From a virus: a DNA stretch of 64,000 bases. A program made the translations under genes and the position numbers. The notes beneath the pieces were generated by a model that was not told the DNA's origin, did not search any database, and saw only the letters and a list, made by a program, of their open reading frames with translations. Within the stretch, counting starts at the first letter, position 1. Each line of letters begins with the position of its first letter. Below are positions 18,125 to 28,091 of this stretch, one piece after another. The stretch lies in IMG/VR virus record IMGVR_UViG_3300027868_000008, one strand, 5' to 3'.

Positions 18125-18700
18125 ATGGACGTCGGCCTTGGCTGGATATCGGACTTGATGCGTACCCTCGCAAAGGTCTTCCCGCATTTGCTGCACGTGG
18201 ATGCAACGCAGGAAGGCGTCATGTTCTGGTTCCGCCATGCCTATCGCCTAGGGCCCGGCGTTCACTGGTATTGGCCTCCAGTTATGAGGCCGATGGTCCA
18301 TCCGGTCAAACGCGACACACTCAACCTGGCGCCACAATCTTTGCCCTTCAGTGGTGAGCTGCCAGTCGGCATCACGATTTCCGTTACGGTAGTATACACC
18401 ATCACGGATATCATGAAAGCCCTTGTTGACACTTTTGACTTCACGGCGACCATCAGAGATCGCGCGCAAGCCGGTGTCATCCGGTCAGTCATCGGCAAGA
18501 GCGTCGACGAGCTCGTACGTCGGCACCAGCGTGTGAACAACGCGATTACCAAGCGGATCCGTACAGACTTGGAGCCGTTTGGCGTACACGTGGAAGTCGC
18601 CTTCATGAGTGACTTCCATCTCACATCAATGCACAGAGTAATCGGCAGTACGACTATCTTGCCCGTAGCAGATGTTGCTGCTGATCCAGAAGAGGAGTAG
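18125..18700 (+). CDS. hypothetical protein (possible SPFH/band-7-like)
   Basis: 191 aa; weak resemblance only. Confidence 0.35.
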   Translation: MDVGLGWISDLMRTLAKVFPHLLHVDATQEGVMFWFRHAYRLGPGVHWYWPPVMRPMVHPVKRDTLNLAPQSLPFSGELPVGITISVTVVYTITDIMKALVDTFDFTATIRDRAQAGVIRSVIGKSVDELVRRHQRVNNAITKRIRTDLEPFGVHVEVAFMSDFHLTSMHRVIGSTTILPVADVAADPEEE

Positions 18701-18703
18701 AAG

Positions 18704-18970
18704 ATGGCGACCAAGATCGACCCGTTCGCAGAACTGGACCCAACACCCGTACGCATTACGCCGCGTAGACTCAAAGGAGAGCAGAAGGAACTTTGGGATA
18801 AGCTGGCTGAGCGCTTCGGCGACGGCACATACGCCGGCGTGCCCATGCAGGCGCTGTACACGTGGGGACAACGCCACCTGGGCCTGACGTGCTCAATCAG
18901 CTGTTTTCGGGGTCAGCTTCTTCAGGCGGCGTCGGTTCACGGAAATGGATCCGTCGCAGCGCACGCGTAG
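18704..18970 (+). CDS. hypothetical protein
   Basis: 88 aa, GAGGAG RBS. Confidence 0.4.
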   Translation: MATKIDPFAELDPTPVRITPRRLKGEQKELWDKLAERFGDGTYAGVPMQALYTWGQRHLGLTCSISCFRGQLLQAASVHGNGSVAAHA

Positions 18971-19664
18971 CCTCGCAATCGGGCACAACGTCCTGCGGCG
19001 ATATCCTCTGGATAGCGCCAAGAATGCGGCCGCGGAGCCGTTCGAGCTCCGCGGCCCGCCGGTTTAGCTGCTGGTGCGTTGTTACTGCTAGCTGCTCCCG
19101 CGTTTGGGTCGCCTGTACCTGCGTCTGCAACGCGCGCTGACGCACCGCAAGCACCTCCTGCGCCGTATCCATTATGCGGTTCTGCGATAACAGATCTTCC
19201 TCACGCTGCTCGATCGCGCGTTCACGTGCTTCGAGCTCCTTCTGCTGCGTTGCAAGTGCCTCGATCAGCTTGCCGTACTGTTCCTCAGCCTTGCTCATGT
19301 CCGGTCTCGTTCCAAACAGAAGCGGCGTTCGCGTTGCGGCTTGTTTGTGCCAATCTTTCCAGCGAGACCGCACATAAGCCCCGGCGGCGGCAGAAACTGT
19401 CTCGACGTCGCTGCTCTGCCAGCCCTCCCTGTCAACGATGTTCAGCCACACCCACGATGCAAGATCCTCAGCCGCTTCGCGGTGAAAGATACCGTGCTTC
19501 ATTGCGCGGCCAGAGGGCACATGTGTGATCGACCACCTGTCCTTTTTGTTGCGGTGCACGGCCAACGTTTCCTCGGTGCCGGTTACGTAGTAGGCAGCGA
19601 GCGGCATGTCGTTGCCACTTTCGTAGGCAGGCCTGATCGTAACTAGCTTGGGCTCATTTAGCAT
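18897..19664 (-). CDS. coiled-coil hypothetical protein
   Basis: 255 aa ORF; tail-to-tail overlap with plus ORF. Confidence 0.5.
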   Translation of the reverse strand: MLNEPKLVTIRPAYESGNDMPLAAYYVTGTEETLAVHRNKKDRWSITHVPSGRAMKHGIFHREAAEDLASWVWLNIVDREGWQSSDVETVSAAAGAYVRSRWKDWHKQAATRTPLLFGTRPDMSKAEEQYGKLIEALATQQKELEARERAIEQREEDLLSQNRIMDTAQEVLAVRQRALQTQVQATQTREQLAVTTHQQLNRRAAELERLRGRILGAIQRISPQDVVPDCEATRALRRIHFREPTPPEEADPENS

Positions 19665-21762
19665 CTGCCGTCTCGCCCAGTAGCGCTGTGAACTCCTGCT
19701 CTGTGAGCACGGCGATCCCCAACGACTGCGCCTTTGCCAGCTTGCTGCCGGCCTTCTCGCCGGCTACCAGGTAGTCCGTACCCTTCGACAGGCTCGACTG
19801 TGCCGTACCGCCGGCGTCCTTGATGCAGGCCTTGATGCTCTCACGCGAATAGCCGACCAGCTTGCCAGTAGCGCAGATCTTCTTGCCGGCCAGCGGCTGC
19901 GGTCCGGCGGGCAGTATCGACGGGATCTCATCGTTCGAGCCAAGATTGAGTCCAAGTTCCCGTAGATCCTCCAGCAGCTGCTGGTTGCGCTTCAGCGAGA
20001 ACCACTTCGTCAGCGATGTGACCACGGCAGTGCCGATGCCCTCGTACTCCAGCAATTCGGCCTCGGGCGTCTCGCGCAGGCCGTCTATCCCCCCGCAGGT
20101 GGTAGTAAACAGCTCAGAAAGCGTCCGGCCGACGTGCGGAATCGCCAGAGAGGCCAGCAAACGCCAGGATTCGCGTGATTTTGCCCCCTCTAGCGCCTCC
20201 AGCAGCTTCGACGTCCGTTTAGGCCCCATTCGCTCGAGGCCCTCTATGGCCTTCCTGTGGCCTTTCAGGCGCCACAGGTCTGGGAAGGATTTCACGATCT
20301 TCTTCTCGATCAGCCCAGAAACGAGCTTTTCGCCCAGGCCGTCGATGTCCAGCCGGGTGCGCTCGCCCGCGCTCTCGATGAGGCCCTGTAGCTGTGCTGG
20401 GCATTTCAGGGCTGTCGCGGTGCAGCGGACGTGGATGTGACCCGCCCTGCGCCCGGTGACCTTCGTCTTGGCGCTGCACACAGGACACTTGCCCGGGATC
20501 ATCAGTGGCTGCCGGAGCGGCGCCGTGGGCTTCCGCCGGTCTGTCAGGACTGCGCGCACCTTGGGAATCACCTGGCCGGCCCGCTCCACGACGATCGTGT
20601 CGCCCATGCGGATGTCCATGTCCTCGACGTAGTTGAAGTTGTGTAGCGTCGCCTTCTGCAGTACGGCACCAGCAACCTCAACCGGCTCGAAGTAGACTAC
20701 GGGCGTGATGATGCCGGTCTTACCGACCTGCGTCTCCAGCCGAGTAACCTTGGTCTCTTCCTCAAAGAGCTTCCACTTGTAGGCCACGGCCCAGCCAACA
20801 TGCTTGGACGAGTGCCCGATCGTCTTGCGCGCAGCAAAGCTATCGACCTTCAGCACCAGCCCGTCGATCGGGTAGTCCAGCTCGAAGTCCTCTGCTGCCA
20901 TTGCGGCTGTCTTCTTCTGGATCGCCGTGAAGAGCGACTCGAAGGCCATTGGCCCGGTAGCGTCTTGAATGGTCGGGATGCCAAAGGCCTGCAGCGTGCG
21001 CATCAGCGCCCAGTACGACTCACGTATGGACGGCGGGAGGAACGCGATGGCGCCGATGCCGTGCGCAACAAACTGCACCCGGTTTTCAACGATGTCGCCT
21101 GGCCGCTTAGACTTACACGCACCGGTGGTAGCGTTGCGCGAGCAGCTATGCGGCTCTTTCCCCGCGAGTCGCCGCTCTTTCTGGACGGCAGCAAAGTCCT
21201 CGTTACCGATGAACGCCTCGCCCCGAATCTCGATGCGACCGCGTGTGTCCAGCACCAGGGCCGTGCCGCCATCTGGCGGAAGCAGCTCGTGCGGTACGCT
21301 GGCCATCGCGCGGGCATGCGCTGTGATGTCGCTGCCAACTTTGCCGTCGCCGCGAGTAACAGCTTGTTTGAGCATGCCATCCTCGTAGATGAGCGCCACG
21401 GCCATGCCGTCGATCTTGTAGTCGAGGACGTACCGCAGGTCGTCATCTACGGCAGCAGCCGTGCGCGCGTGGAAGGCGCTGAGCCCACCGAGATCGAAGC
21501 TGTTGTCGATGGACAGCATTGGTACTGCGTGCGTGACCTTTGGCAGGCCCTTGAGAGGCTTGCCGCCAACGCGCTGCGTGGGGCTGTCAGGCGAGCACAG
21601 CGCGGGATCCCACAGCTCAAGCGCAACGAGTCGATCCATGAGCGTGTCGTACTGCCGATCAGTGACGTTTTTGATGCCCTCGCAGTAGTATGCGCGGTCG
21701 TGGCGCCGGATCTGGGCGACAAGCCCCGCGTGTTCGCGCACGCCCTGTGTCTTCTTTGCCAT
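19654..21762 (-). CDS. ligA: NAD-dependent DNA ligase
   Basis: Adenylation motif YKIDGMAV (KxDG), OB fold, 4-Cys zinc finger CPVCSAKT..C, HhH region, C-terminal BRCT. Confidence 0.9.
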   Translation of the reverse strand: MAKKTQGVREHAGLVAQIRRHDRAYYCEGIKNVTDRQYDTLMDRLVALELWDPALCSPDSPTQRVGGKPLKGLPKVTHAVPMLSIDNSFDLGGLSAFHARTAAAVDDDLRYVLDYKIDGMAVALIYEDGMLKQAVTRGDGKVGSDITAHARAMASVPHELLPPDGGTALVLDTRGRIEIRGEAFIGNEDFAAVQKERRLAGKEPHSCSRNATTGACKSKRPGDIVENRVQFVAHGIGAIAFLPPSIRESYWALMRTLQAFGIPTIQDATGPMAFESLFTAIQKKTAAMAAEDFELDYPIDGLVLKVDSFAARKTIGHSSKHVGWAVAYKWKLFEEETKVTRLETQVGKTGIITPVVYFEPVEVAGAVLQKATLHNFNYVEDMDIRMGDTIVVERAGQVIPKVRAVLTDRRKPTAPLRQPLMIPGKCPVCSAKTKVTGRRAGHIHVRCTATALKCPAQLQGLIESAGERTRLDIDGLGEKLVSGLIEKKIVKSFPDLWRLKGHRKAIEGLERMGPKRTSKLLEALEGAKSRESWRLLASLAIPHVGRTLSELFTTTCGGIDGLRETPEAELLEYEGIGTAVVTSLTKWFSLKRNQQLLEDLRELGLNLGSNDEIPSILPAGPQPLAGKKICATGKLVGYSRESIKACIKDAGGTAQSSLSKGTDYLVAGEKAGSKLAKAQSLGIAVLTEQEFTALLGETADAK

Positions 21763-21763
21763 G

Positions 21764-22102
21764 CTATGGCTCCTCGTTGTCAGTGTCGTCAGCCAGCACT
21801 ATACTGCTTGGCTCGATGAATGGGTGTTCTGTCTCAGACCACACGGGGTGCGCATTAAGCCACTCCGTTAGCGTACGCGTATAGTCGTATGCAACACCGG
21901 CGGTTGTAATTACCACCCACCCCCTGAATCCGTCGAAAAAGATCGGCCCCAGCGGCATCAGCCCGTTGAAGATCGGATGGTAGAACCACTGTCCTTCCTG
22001 TGGCTGGTACGTTCGCGGGAGCTCGAGCGTCGTCTCGACGATTTTGATCTCACGGCCGTGCAACGCTACAGGCATTTGTACGCCCACCGTGTGCGTTTTC
22101 AT
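21764..22102 (-). CDS. hypothetical protein
   Basis: 112 aa ORF, 2-nt gap to ligase. Confidence 0.45.
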   Translation of the reverse strand: MKTHTVGVQMPVALHGREIKIVETTLELPRTYQPQEGQWFYHPIFNGLMPLGPIFFDGFRGWVVITTAGVAYDYTRTLTEWLNAHPVWSETEHPFIEPSSIVLADDTDNEEP

Positions 22103-23931
22103 GTGGTAACCTCTGCTGCGGGTTCTGCAACAATTGCTGTTGTCCGCGGAATGAGTGCCGCTTCTTGCGGCAGCATCAGCGCTGGATGGTCATCAACGAA
22201 GGTATGTGCAGTCCGTGCTTCGACCGCAGCGGCGCGTGCTTCTGCTAGTTGGTCGTCAGTAAGCGTGTTCTCTGCGCTTGCGTATGCTGCCATTACGCGT
22301 GAGCACTCATACGTGAAGTGTGCTACCGCAAAATCGTTGAATGCCAGGTCGTGGTACCGCTTATAGAATGCAGCGGAATGCACATGTCGCTGACGCGTTG
22401 ACGGGCGGAGATGGCAGTACTCATGCATGAGTAGCGCAGCGTATTTCTGCCACGCGATTGGGCCCGCGCCCAAACGCCGTATGGTATCCCTGTTAAGCGC
22501 TATGACTGACCTTCCGTCAGTCCACGACTCGTTAGGGCCCAGCCCTGCCATAATTTCGCGCATCTCCGGATTCGGCGGACCGAAACGGCCTGTACCGTAT
22601 AGATACTTACGCTTCTCGCGCAGTACCCTGATCACAATGCGCTCAAACGGCATTAGCAGGTCGTCTGATACAAGTGAGCACTTCTTGTCAAGCACGGACT
22701 CGAGGTCGCGCCACGCCACGTAGCTAAGACGCTTCGAGTGCCACTGGCCCAGTATGCGGTTGACTACTGCTACCAGCTCTTGCCCGCTCGCAACGTTGAA
22801 GCGTTCCAGCATCCCGCGATTGAGCACGCAGGCTAGCTTATAGCTTTGGAGACGTGCAACGGTGCCGCCCGAATAGGTGCCTGCATAGGTACCCGCTGGT
22901 GGCAGAGTTACGCGGCCATTTGCCACCTTAAACACTGCGCGCACATTTGGGTTAACGCGTCGTCCGTGGTACATGAAGACGCCCGCGTTCTCAAACTGCC
23001 TGAGTGTCAGCTCCTTGTCGCGTGCCTGATTGACAAGGCGGACACGATCTGCCTCGGTGAGACGACGGCGACGATTTGCAGACACGCGTGCAGCGCGCTC
23101 ACGTTGTTCGCGGTCGCGTGTATCGCGCGTATTGGTATCCCGCTCAACGACATGGGCTGCAATAGCTTTCTTGATCACCTGCCACGTCGGACAGTTCTCC
23201 ATCACGTCATTGCGTGCAAAATTGACCAGGATCGGCTTCTTCGTTACAACGTCGCCGCCGATGCCCAAGTGGAACCGGGTGAAATCCAGTACCTTGATGC
23301 CCTGATTATAGACAACCAGGTTTCCGTATTCCTTGAAACGGATGTCGCCCTCGGGCAGCTCAAGATCCCAGTTGATCTTTGTTGGATCCTTCTGCAGCTG
23401 CAGGTTATTTAGCGTGACAGGTACCCGTGGAAAGCGGATAGCCTGCCGAAGGTTATCGCATGCGCCCCGAAGATCGGTGTGGGACAGTGGCTTGTAGAGC
23501 GCTACGCGTATCTCGCAGCCATCGTGATGCGGCAGTCCGCTGCGCAGGACGTAATCCAGTCCGTCCGTGTTGATGTCGATGTCCATCGCGAAGGTACCGG
23601 AGCGCCACGCGTTTACGCCGTAGGCAAAGAGCTGGCCGCGCCCCATACGAAAGGCCCCAAACTCCTTCTGCTCCCGATCGTCGTGCGGCTGCCCAAAGAC
23701 CTCGAAGTAGTGCTCGACGTCTTCTTGCGAGCGAAATCCCTTCCCGTCGTCCCGGATAGTCAGGCTATCCTGATCGAGCAAGATTGTACATTGTGAGGCA
23801 CCGGCATCGATGGAGTTCATAACGCCCTCGATGATGCCCCTCCACAGGCTGCCGGCCTGGCGCTTGATTACGCTAACCAGCAGCGCGCTGTGTGTCTGAA
23901 AACTACGCCGCTCACTCGTCGGTGTCGCCAT
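22099..23931 (-). CDS. GHKL-family ATPase (HATPase_c_3 / MORC-Hsp90-like) with C-terminal HExxH-containing region
   Basis: N-terminal IIEGVMNSIDAGAS...TIRDDGKGF...GAFRMGRGQLFAYG Bergerat-fold motifs; C-terminal LLMHEYCHL. Confidence 0.65.
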   Translation of the reverse strand: MATPTSERRSFQTHSALLVSVIKRQAGSLWRGIIEGVMNSIDAGASQCTILLDQDSLTIRDDGKGFRSQEDVEHYFEVFGQPHDDREQKEFGAFRMGRGQLFAYGVNAWRSGTFAMDIDINTDGLDYVLRSGLPHHDGCEIRVALYKPLSHTDLRGACDNLRQAIRFPRVPVTLNNLQLQKDPTKINWDLELPEGDIRFKEYGNLVVYNQGIKVLDFTRFHLGIGGDVVTKKPILVNFARNDVMENCPTWQVIKKAIAAHVVERDTNTRDTRDREQRERAARVSANRRRRLTEADRVRLVNQARDKELTLRQFENAGVFMYHGRRVNPNVRAVFKVANGRVTLPPAGTYAGTYSGGTVARLQSYKLACVLNRGMLERFNVASGQELVAVVNRILGQWHSKRLSYVAWRDLESVLDKKCSLVSDDLLMPFERIVIRVLREKRKYLYGTGRFGPPNPEMREIMAGLGPNESWTDGRSVIALNRDTIRRLGAGPIAWQKYAALLMHEYCHLRPSTRQRHVHSAAFYKRYHDLAFNDFAVAHFTYECSRVMAAYASAENTLTDDQLAEARAAAVEARTAHTFVDDHPALMLPQEAALIPRTTAIVAEPAAEVTT

Positions 23932-24367
23932 TATCAGATGTCGGCCGGATTCGAATACGACGGGCTTCCCGAGTGTCGGTGCCTTCGTCTGCGAATACGG
24001 ACGCTTTCGTGTTGTGTGTATGGAAGTATGGATGTCGATAGATAGTACTGTTTTTGGCCGTGTTTTCGACCTTCACGATCGAGTTCAGCATGATTCGCGG
24101 ACCCGCAGCTGCCAAAGGCAAATCGCATACGATCAGATGTGGCGTTTTGCCGGCGCTAAGGCGTACAAATCCCTCTGCAGTATCGCCCCAGGAGCGGCCG
24201 GTACGTACCTGTCCGTAGTGAAAACGATAGTGCTGTGTAGGCGTGTTGCGCCGTATGCAGCGCACGCGCCCCTCAAAGAAGCGGATAAGCACAAGCGGCG
24301 TATCATCGAAGTACAGCTCAGGATGGTAGATGGCCGCTTTAGGTCGAGAAATCGTAGATTGAGACAT
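23912..24367 (-). CDS. hypothetical protein
   Basis: 151 aa ORF. Confidence 0.4.
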   Translation of the reverse strand: MSQSTISRPKAAIYHPELYFDDTPLVLIRFFEGRVRCIRRNTPTQHYRFHYGQVRTGRSWGDTAEGFVRLSAGKTPHLIVCDLPLAAAGPRIMLNSIVKVENTAKNSTIYRHPYFHTHNTKASVFADEGTDTREARRIRIRPTSDNGDTDE

Positions 24368-24989
24368 CGTCTGGTATCCCAGGATAACGCCGTTGAAGCT
24401 TCGTCACCGCACGCCCGTACGTGTCTACAACGTCAAGTCGTGCCTGACGTGCGACCTCGTCGACCAGGACGTTCAGATTGACCCGATCGCGCGCAACGAA
24501 ATGAAAGCTGAGTACGAAACCGCGCTTCTGGTACTCGTTGAATGCGGACCAGAGTTCGCGATGGGACCGTCGTGATGCTGGATGGTTACCAGCTGTTGCG
24601 ATGATCTCTGAATCGGTGATGAGATGCGCCTGCATCTGACGGCCTGCCTGCTGGGCTTCCAGCCGTCGATTGCGTCCTGGTCCGTCTTTACCGGTATACC
24701 AGGACAACGCATGCAGATACGGGAAGAGCTCACCCAGTGTGATCGTCCCTGTGTTCATGGCGCCAAAGAAGAGCTTACGTGCGCCGCTCATCCTGTCGAT
24801 GAGTACCGAGGCCCAGCCTGCTCCTTGCTTCCAGCCCGTGCCGGAGCCGTCCCCTATGATGATTACGTCCCAGTCAGTGATCTTGAGATGAGTCAGGAGG
24901 TCCGCCAAACGCGGAATCCCTGGTAGCTGCACCTTCCGCTTGCCCGGCACCTTGCGGCGCGGCTTCGGCGGACTGTTGCTTGAGGGCAT
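24339..24989 (-). CDS. ribonuclease H (RNase HI-like)
   Basis: VIIIGDGSGTGWKQGAGWASVLI (DGS carboxylate motif) and later HFVARDRVNLNVLVDEVARQA (H..N..aD.LA). Confidence 0.6.
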   Translation of the reverse strand: MPSSNSPPKPRRKVPGKRKVQLPGIPRLADLLTHLKITDWDVIIIGDGSGTGWKQGAGWASVLIDRMSGARKLFFGAMNTGTITLGELFPYLHALSWYTGKDGPGRNRRLEAQQAGRQMQAHLITDSEIIATAGNHPASRRSHRELWSAFNEYQKRGFVLSFHFVARDRVNLNVLVDEVARQARLDVVDTYGRAVTKLQRRYPGIPDDVSIYDFST

Positions 24990-25281
24990 CTATTTCCTTC
25001 TGCAGCGTATCACGTGTCTGCGCTGCCAATGCGAAGTGGGCTGCCATGCCTTCTGTGTGCGTCTGTAGCAGACGCACGGACTGCAAGCACATGCGACCGA
25101 GCAAGTCCGGATCGTGGGGATTGCCTAGCACCAAACACTGGGGCAGGGGGTCACCAACGGACGGATTATAGGTCAATGCGATCGCAACACCATCCAGCTC
25201 TGGCACATCGTCGAGCAGCGTGCGGACAGCCTCTGTGAGGCGCTCAGCAACCTGCTCATTGAATCGTTTACGTTCAGCCAT
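24874..25281 (-). CDS. hypothetical protein
   Basis: Start moved to MAERKRF; palindromic element immediately upstream. Confidence 0.4.
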   Translation of the reverse strand: MAERKRFNEQVAERLTEAVRTLLDDVPELDGVAIALTYNPSVGDPLPQCLVLGNPHDPDLLGRMCLQSVRLLQTHTEGMAAHFALAAQTRDTLQKEIDALKQQSAEAAPQGAGQAEGAATRDSAFGGPPDSSQDH

Positions 25282-25283
25282 AC

Positions 25284-25299
25284 TTGTTCCTGTGAACAA
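25284..25299. promoter_or_regulatory. TTGTTCctgtGAACAA palindromic element (copy 2 of 4)
   Basis: 3 nt upstream of ATG of 24874..25281; followed by AATTGACTAGC. Confidence 0.45.
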
Positions 25300-25305
25300 A
25301 ATTGA

Positions 25306-25641
25306 CTAGCTATTTTCAGGATCGTCCTCGAGCCCCCAGCGGTCAGTATAGAGACCAATGAGGATGGACAAACGAGTAGCCGCCAGAGAGTAGATCGGCA
25401 CCTTGACGATCATACTCCATGGCGGCATCAGCCAAAGGCTGGGTAGATAGAGGAGCACTATGAGCCAGAACGCGACATGATATGAGAGACACAACCGGCA
25501 ACTAGCAAGCTGGGCGACTATGGCGGGCGCCCGCACACTGAGCCAATCACGCGTGTCCTCAAACAGGCCGTCGGGATGGAGCCACGCATTTACGATAGCC
25601 CCGGTTGCAGCAACGATAGCTACAAAATCCAGCCAGCACAT
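25306..25641 (-). CDS. small integral membrane protein
   Basis: 111 aa, 3 hydrophobic segments. Confidence 0.45.
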   Translation of the reverse strand: MCWLDFVAIVAATGAIVNAWLHPDGLFEDTRDWLSVRAPAIVAQLASCRLCLSYHVAFWLIVLLYLPSLWLMPPWSMIVKVPIYSLAATRLSILIGLYTDRWGLEDDPENS

Positions 25642-25829
25642 AGCTACTTATCCTATCATGGTGTGTGTTTCACTGCGTTGTGAAACCCTTCATGACGCAG
25701 TACGCCACGTAGATTGCACCACCCATACAAACAAGCGGTATCAAGGCCGGGAGCCCCTCACAGAGGCTCGCACAGCCGATGCCAACCGCTCCAAATAGGA
25801 TGGCGGTAGTTAGCCAGCTCTTGAACACG

Positions 25830-26066
25830 TTAGTCTTCCGGTCCAATGTGCCACGGGTCGTTCACGTCACCTTCATCGACGCCAGTAGAGGGACGGTCAG
25901 GTGCCGGGAAGCCATCGCGTAGCGTGCCCGGGAGCGGCAATGGCCGATCCAACGGATACGCATGCATCAGACTATCACCGGGGACCATGGTCGGTACTGG
26001 GCGACGGAACGTCGGCCGCAGTCCTGCCCTCTCCAAGAACAACCGCGCATTTCTGGTTACTGCCAT
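25830..26066 (-). CDS. hypothetical protein
   Basis: 78 aa ORF. Confidence 0.3.
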   Translation of the reverse strand: MAVTRNARLFLERAGLRPTFRRPVPTMVPGDSLMHAYPLDRPLPLPGTLRDGFPAPDRPSTGVDEGDVNDPWHIGPED

Positions 26067-26126
26067 AGCGGCTCCAGGCCGAGAGTATGAGGCTTCACAT
26101 TTCAGTAAGCCAGTGCTATCATATCA

Positions 26127-26174
26127 CAGATAGCGGATCACCATCAAGATTAGCCTAGCGGGGCAGATGGTGAT
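26127..26174. promoter_or_regulatory. inverted repeat ATCACCATC-N30-GATGGTGAT in divergent region upstream of terminase gene
   Basis: 9-bp arms, 35 nt upstream of terL ATG. Confidence 0.35.
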
Positions 26175-26210
26175 GATTTGTCGTAAAGTCAGGACGAACA
26201 CGGGGTCAAC

Positions 26211-28091
26211 ATGGACCAGCTGCTCTTCGACGAACCGCATGCGCTAGAGCAAGCGCACCAGCAAATACGGCCACTTCTCGCGGCAAAAGACGCAGATGAC
26301 GTGTCTGCTGGCGACCGCATAGCCGGCCTCACCTCCATGATGGAGAGCGGGCGCATGGATACGCTGGCGCAGGCATTGCCGCTGCTGCTGAACCTCAAAG
26401 GTGAGCCATATTCGCTGATAAATCACTTCCCGTTCGAAGAGATTTTCAGGTTCCGCATGCCGTCATCGCTGACATACAAGACCGGACGCCAGGTCTCCAA
26501 GTCGACGTCACTAGCCGCGCACGGCATCGCCACGTCGATATCCATCCCAGATCTTACTACGCTGTATGTGATGCCGCTGTTCGAGCAAGTGCGCCGCTTC
26601 AGCTCAATGTTCGTGGCACCGTTCATTGACCAGAGCCCGGTACGGCATCTGTGGTCCGGAACCGACACGGTGAACAGCGTACTGCATCGTAGCTTCCGCA
26701 ACCGCTCGAAGATGCTCTTCTCCTTCGCCTTCCTCAATGCGGATCGTGTCCGCGGTATTTCCGCAGACAAGGTCGCCATTGATGAAGTCCAGGATATGAA
26801 TCGCGAGCACCTGCCGATCATCCGTGAGACGATGTCGGCCTCCAAGTGGGCGCTACGGCAGTTCACTGGCACACCCAAGACGCTGGACAATACGCTCGAG
26901 GCGCTGTGGACAGAGTCATCGCAGGCAGAGTGGTTTATCCCGTGTATGCACTGCACCACGCATGGCAGCCCAACATGGAACATCCCGACTATGGAGTTCC
27001 ATCTTGAGAAGATCATCGGACCGTACCACAGCGGGATCAGCGAGGAACACCCCGCGACGATCTGCTTCAAGTGCGGTAAGCCGATATCGCCGCGGATGGG
27101 GCGCTGGGTGCACCGCTACCCAAAACGCGTGTGGGGGTCAGCTGGCTATCACGTGCCGCAGATTATCATGCCGCTGCACTACGCGAAGCCAGACAAGTGG
27201 GCCGAGCTGCTGGCCAAGATGGCCGGTAAAGGTAACACGCCGCTGAATGTTTTCTATAACGAAGTGTTGGGCGAATCGTACGATACAGCTGCCAAGATCG
27301 TCACGCTGACGGAAATCGAAGCAGTGTCGAACCTAGGCCCCAACGACTTCTCAGTGGCCAAAGGCAAGTGTGGTAAGTACCAGATGCGCGTGCTGGGTGT
27401 AGACTGGGGTGGCGGTGGCGAGAAGAAGCTGAGCTTCACGACAGTGGCACTACTTGGCGTCAAACACGACGGCAAGATCGACGTGTTGTGGGGCAAGCGG
27501 CTACTCACGCCGCATGACCATCTACGCGAGGCGCGCGAGATCAAGCAGTACTGGGACGCCTTCCGCCCGACCATGATCTGCCATGACTACACGGGTGCCG
27601 GCTCACTTCGTGAGACGTTCCTGATTCAGTCCGGCGTACCTAGCCGCTGCGTAATGCCATGTATGTACGTACGCTCGGCCAAGCAGCAGCCGTGCTACCA
27701 TGTGGCTCCAACAGTAGATCATCCGCGCTCGCACTACCGCGTGGACAAGAGCCGCTCGTTATTGCTGACATGCGCAATGATCAAGTGTAAGCAGCTGCGG
27801 TTCTTTGACTCCGACTACAGCAGCCAGGAAGACCCCGGACTGATCCGTGACTTCCTGGCGCTCGTCGAAGACAAGGTGACCACGATGGCTGCTGGCGAGA
27901 TCTACCGTATTGACCGGCAGGCAGGCTTCACCGACGACTTTGCACAGGCTGTGAACCTGGGCTGCGTCGGTATCTGGTACCGCACCAAGAAATGGCCACG
28001 GCTGCACGAGATTGCTGCGATCTCTGATGAGCAGCTACGCGCATCTGTGCCGCTGTCTGACTCCGAATGGGACGACGAGCTCATTCAGTAG
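26211..28091 (+). CDS. terL: terminase large subunit (ATPase plus nuclease)
   Basis: Walker A-like GRQVSKST, Walker B VAIDEVQDM, C-terminal RNaseH-like nuclease with VLGVDWGGGG and DYTGAG. Confidence 0.8.
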   Translation: MDQLLFDEPHALEQAHQQIRPLLAAKDADDVSAGDRIAGLTSMMESGRMDTLAQALPLLLNLKGEPYSLINHFPFEEIFRFRMPSSLTYKTGRQVSKSTSLAAHGIATSISIPDLTTLYVMPLFEQVRRFSSMFVAPFIDQSPVRHLWSGTDTVNSVLHRSFRNRSKMLFSFAFLNADRVRGISADKVAIDEVQDMNREHLPIIRETMSASKWALRQFTGTPKTLDNTLEALWTESSQAEWFIPCMHCTTHGSPTWNIPTMEFHLEKIIGPYHSGISEEHPATICFKCGKPISPRMGRWVHRYPKRVWGSAGYHVPQIIMPLHYAKPDKWAELLAKMAGKGNTPLNVFYNEVLGESYDTAAKIVTLTEIEAVSNLGPNDFSVAKGKCGKYQMRVLGVDWGGGGEKKLSFTTVALLGVKHDGKIDVLWGKRLLTPHDHLREAREIKQYWDAFRPTMICHDYTGAGSLRETFLIQSGVPSRCVMPCMYVRSAKQQPCYHVAPTVDHPRSHYRVDKSRSLLLTCAMIKCKQLRFFDSDYSSQEDPGLIRDFLALVEDKVTTMAAGEIYRIDRQAGFTDDFAQAVNLGCVGIWYRTKKWPRLHEIAAISDEQLRASVPLSDSEWDDELIQ

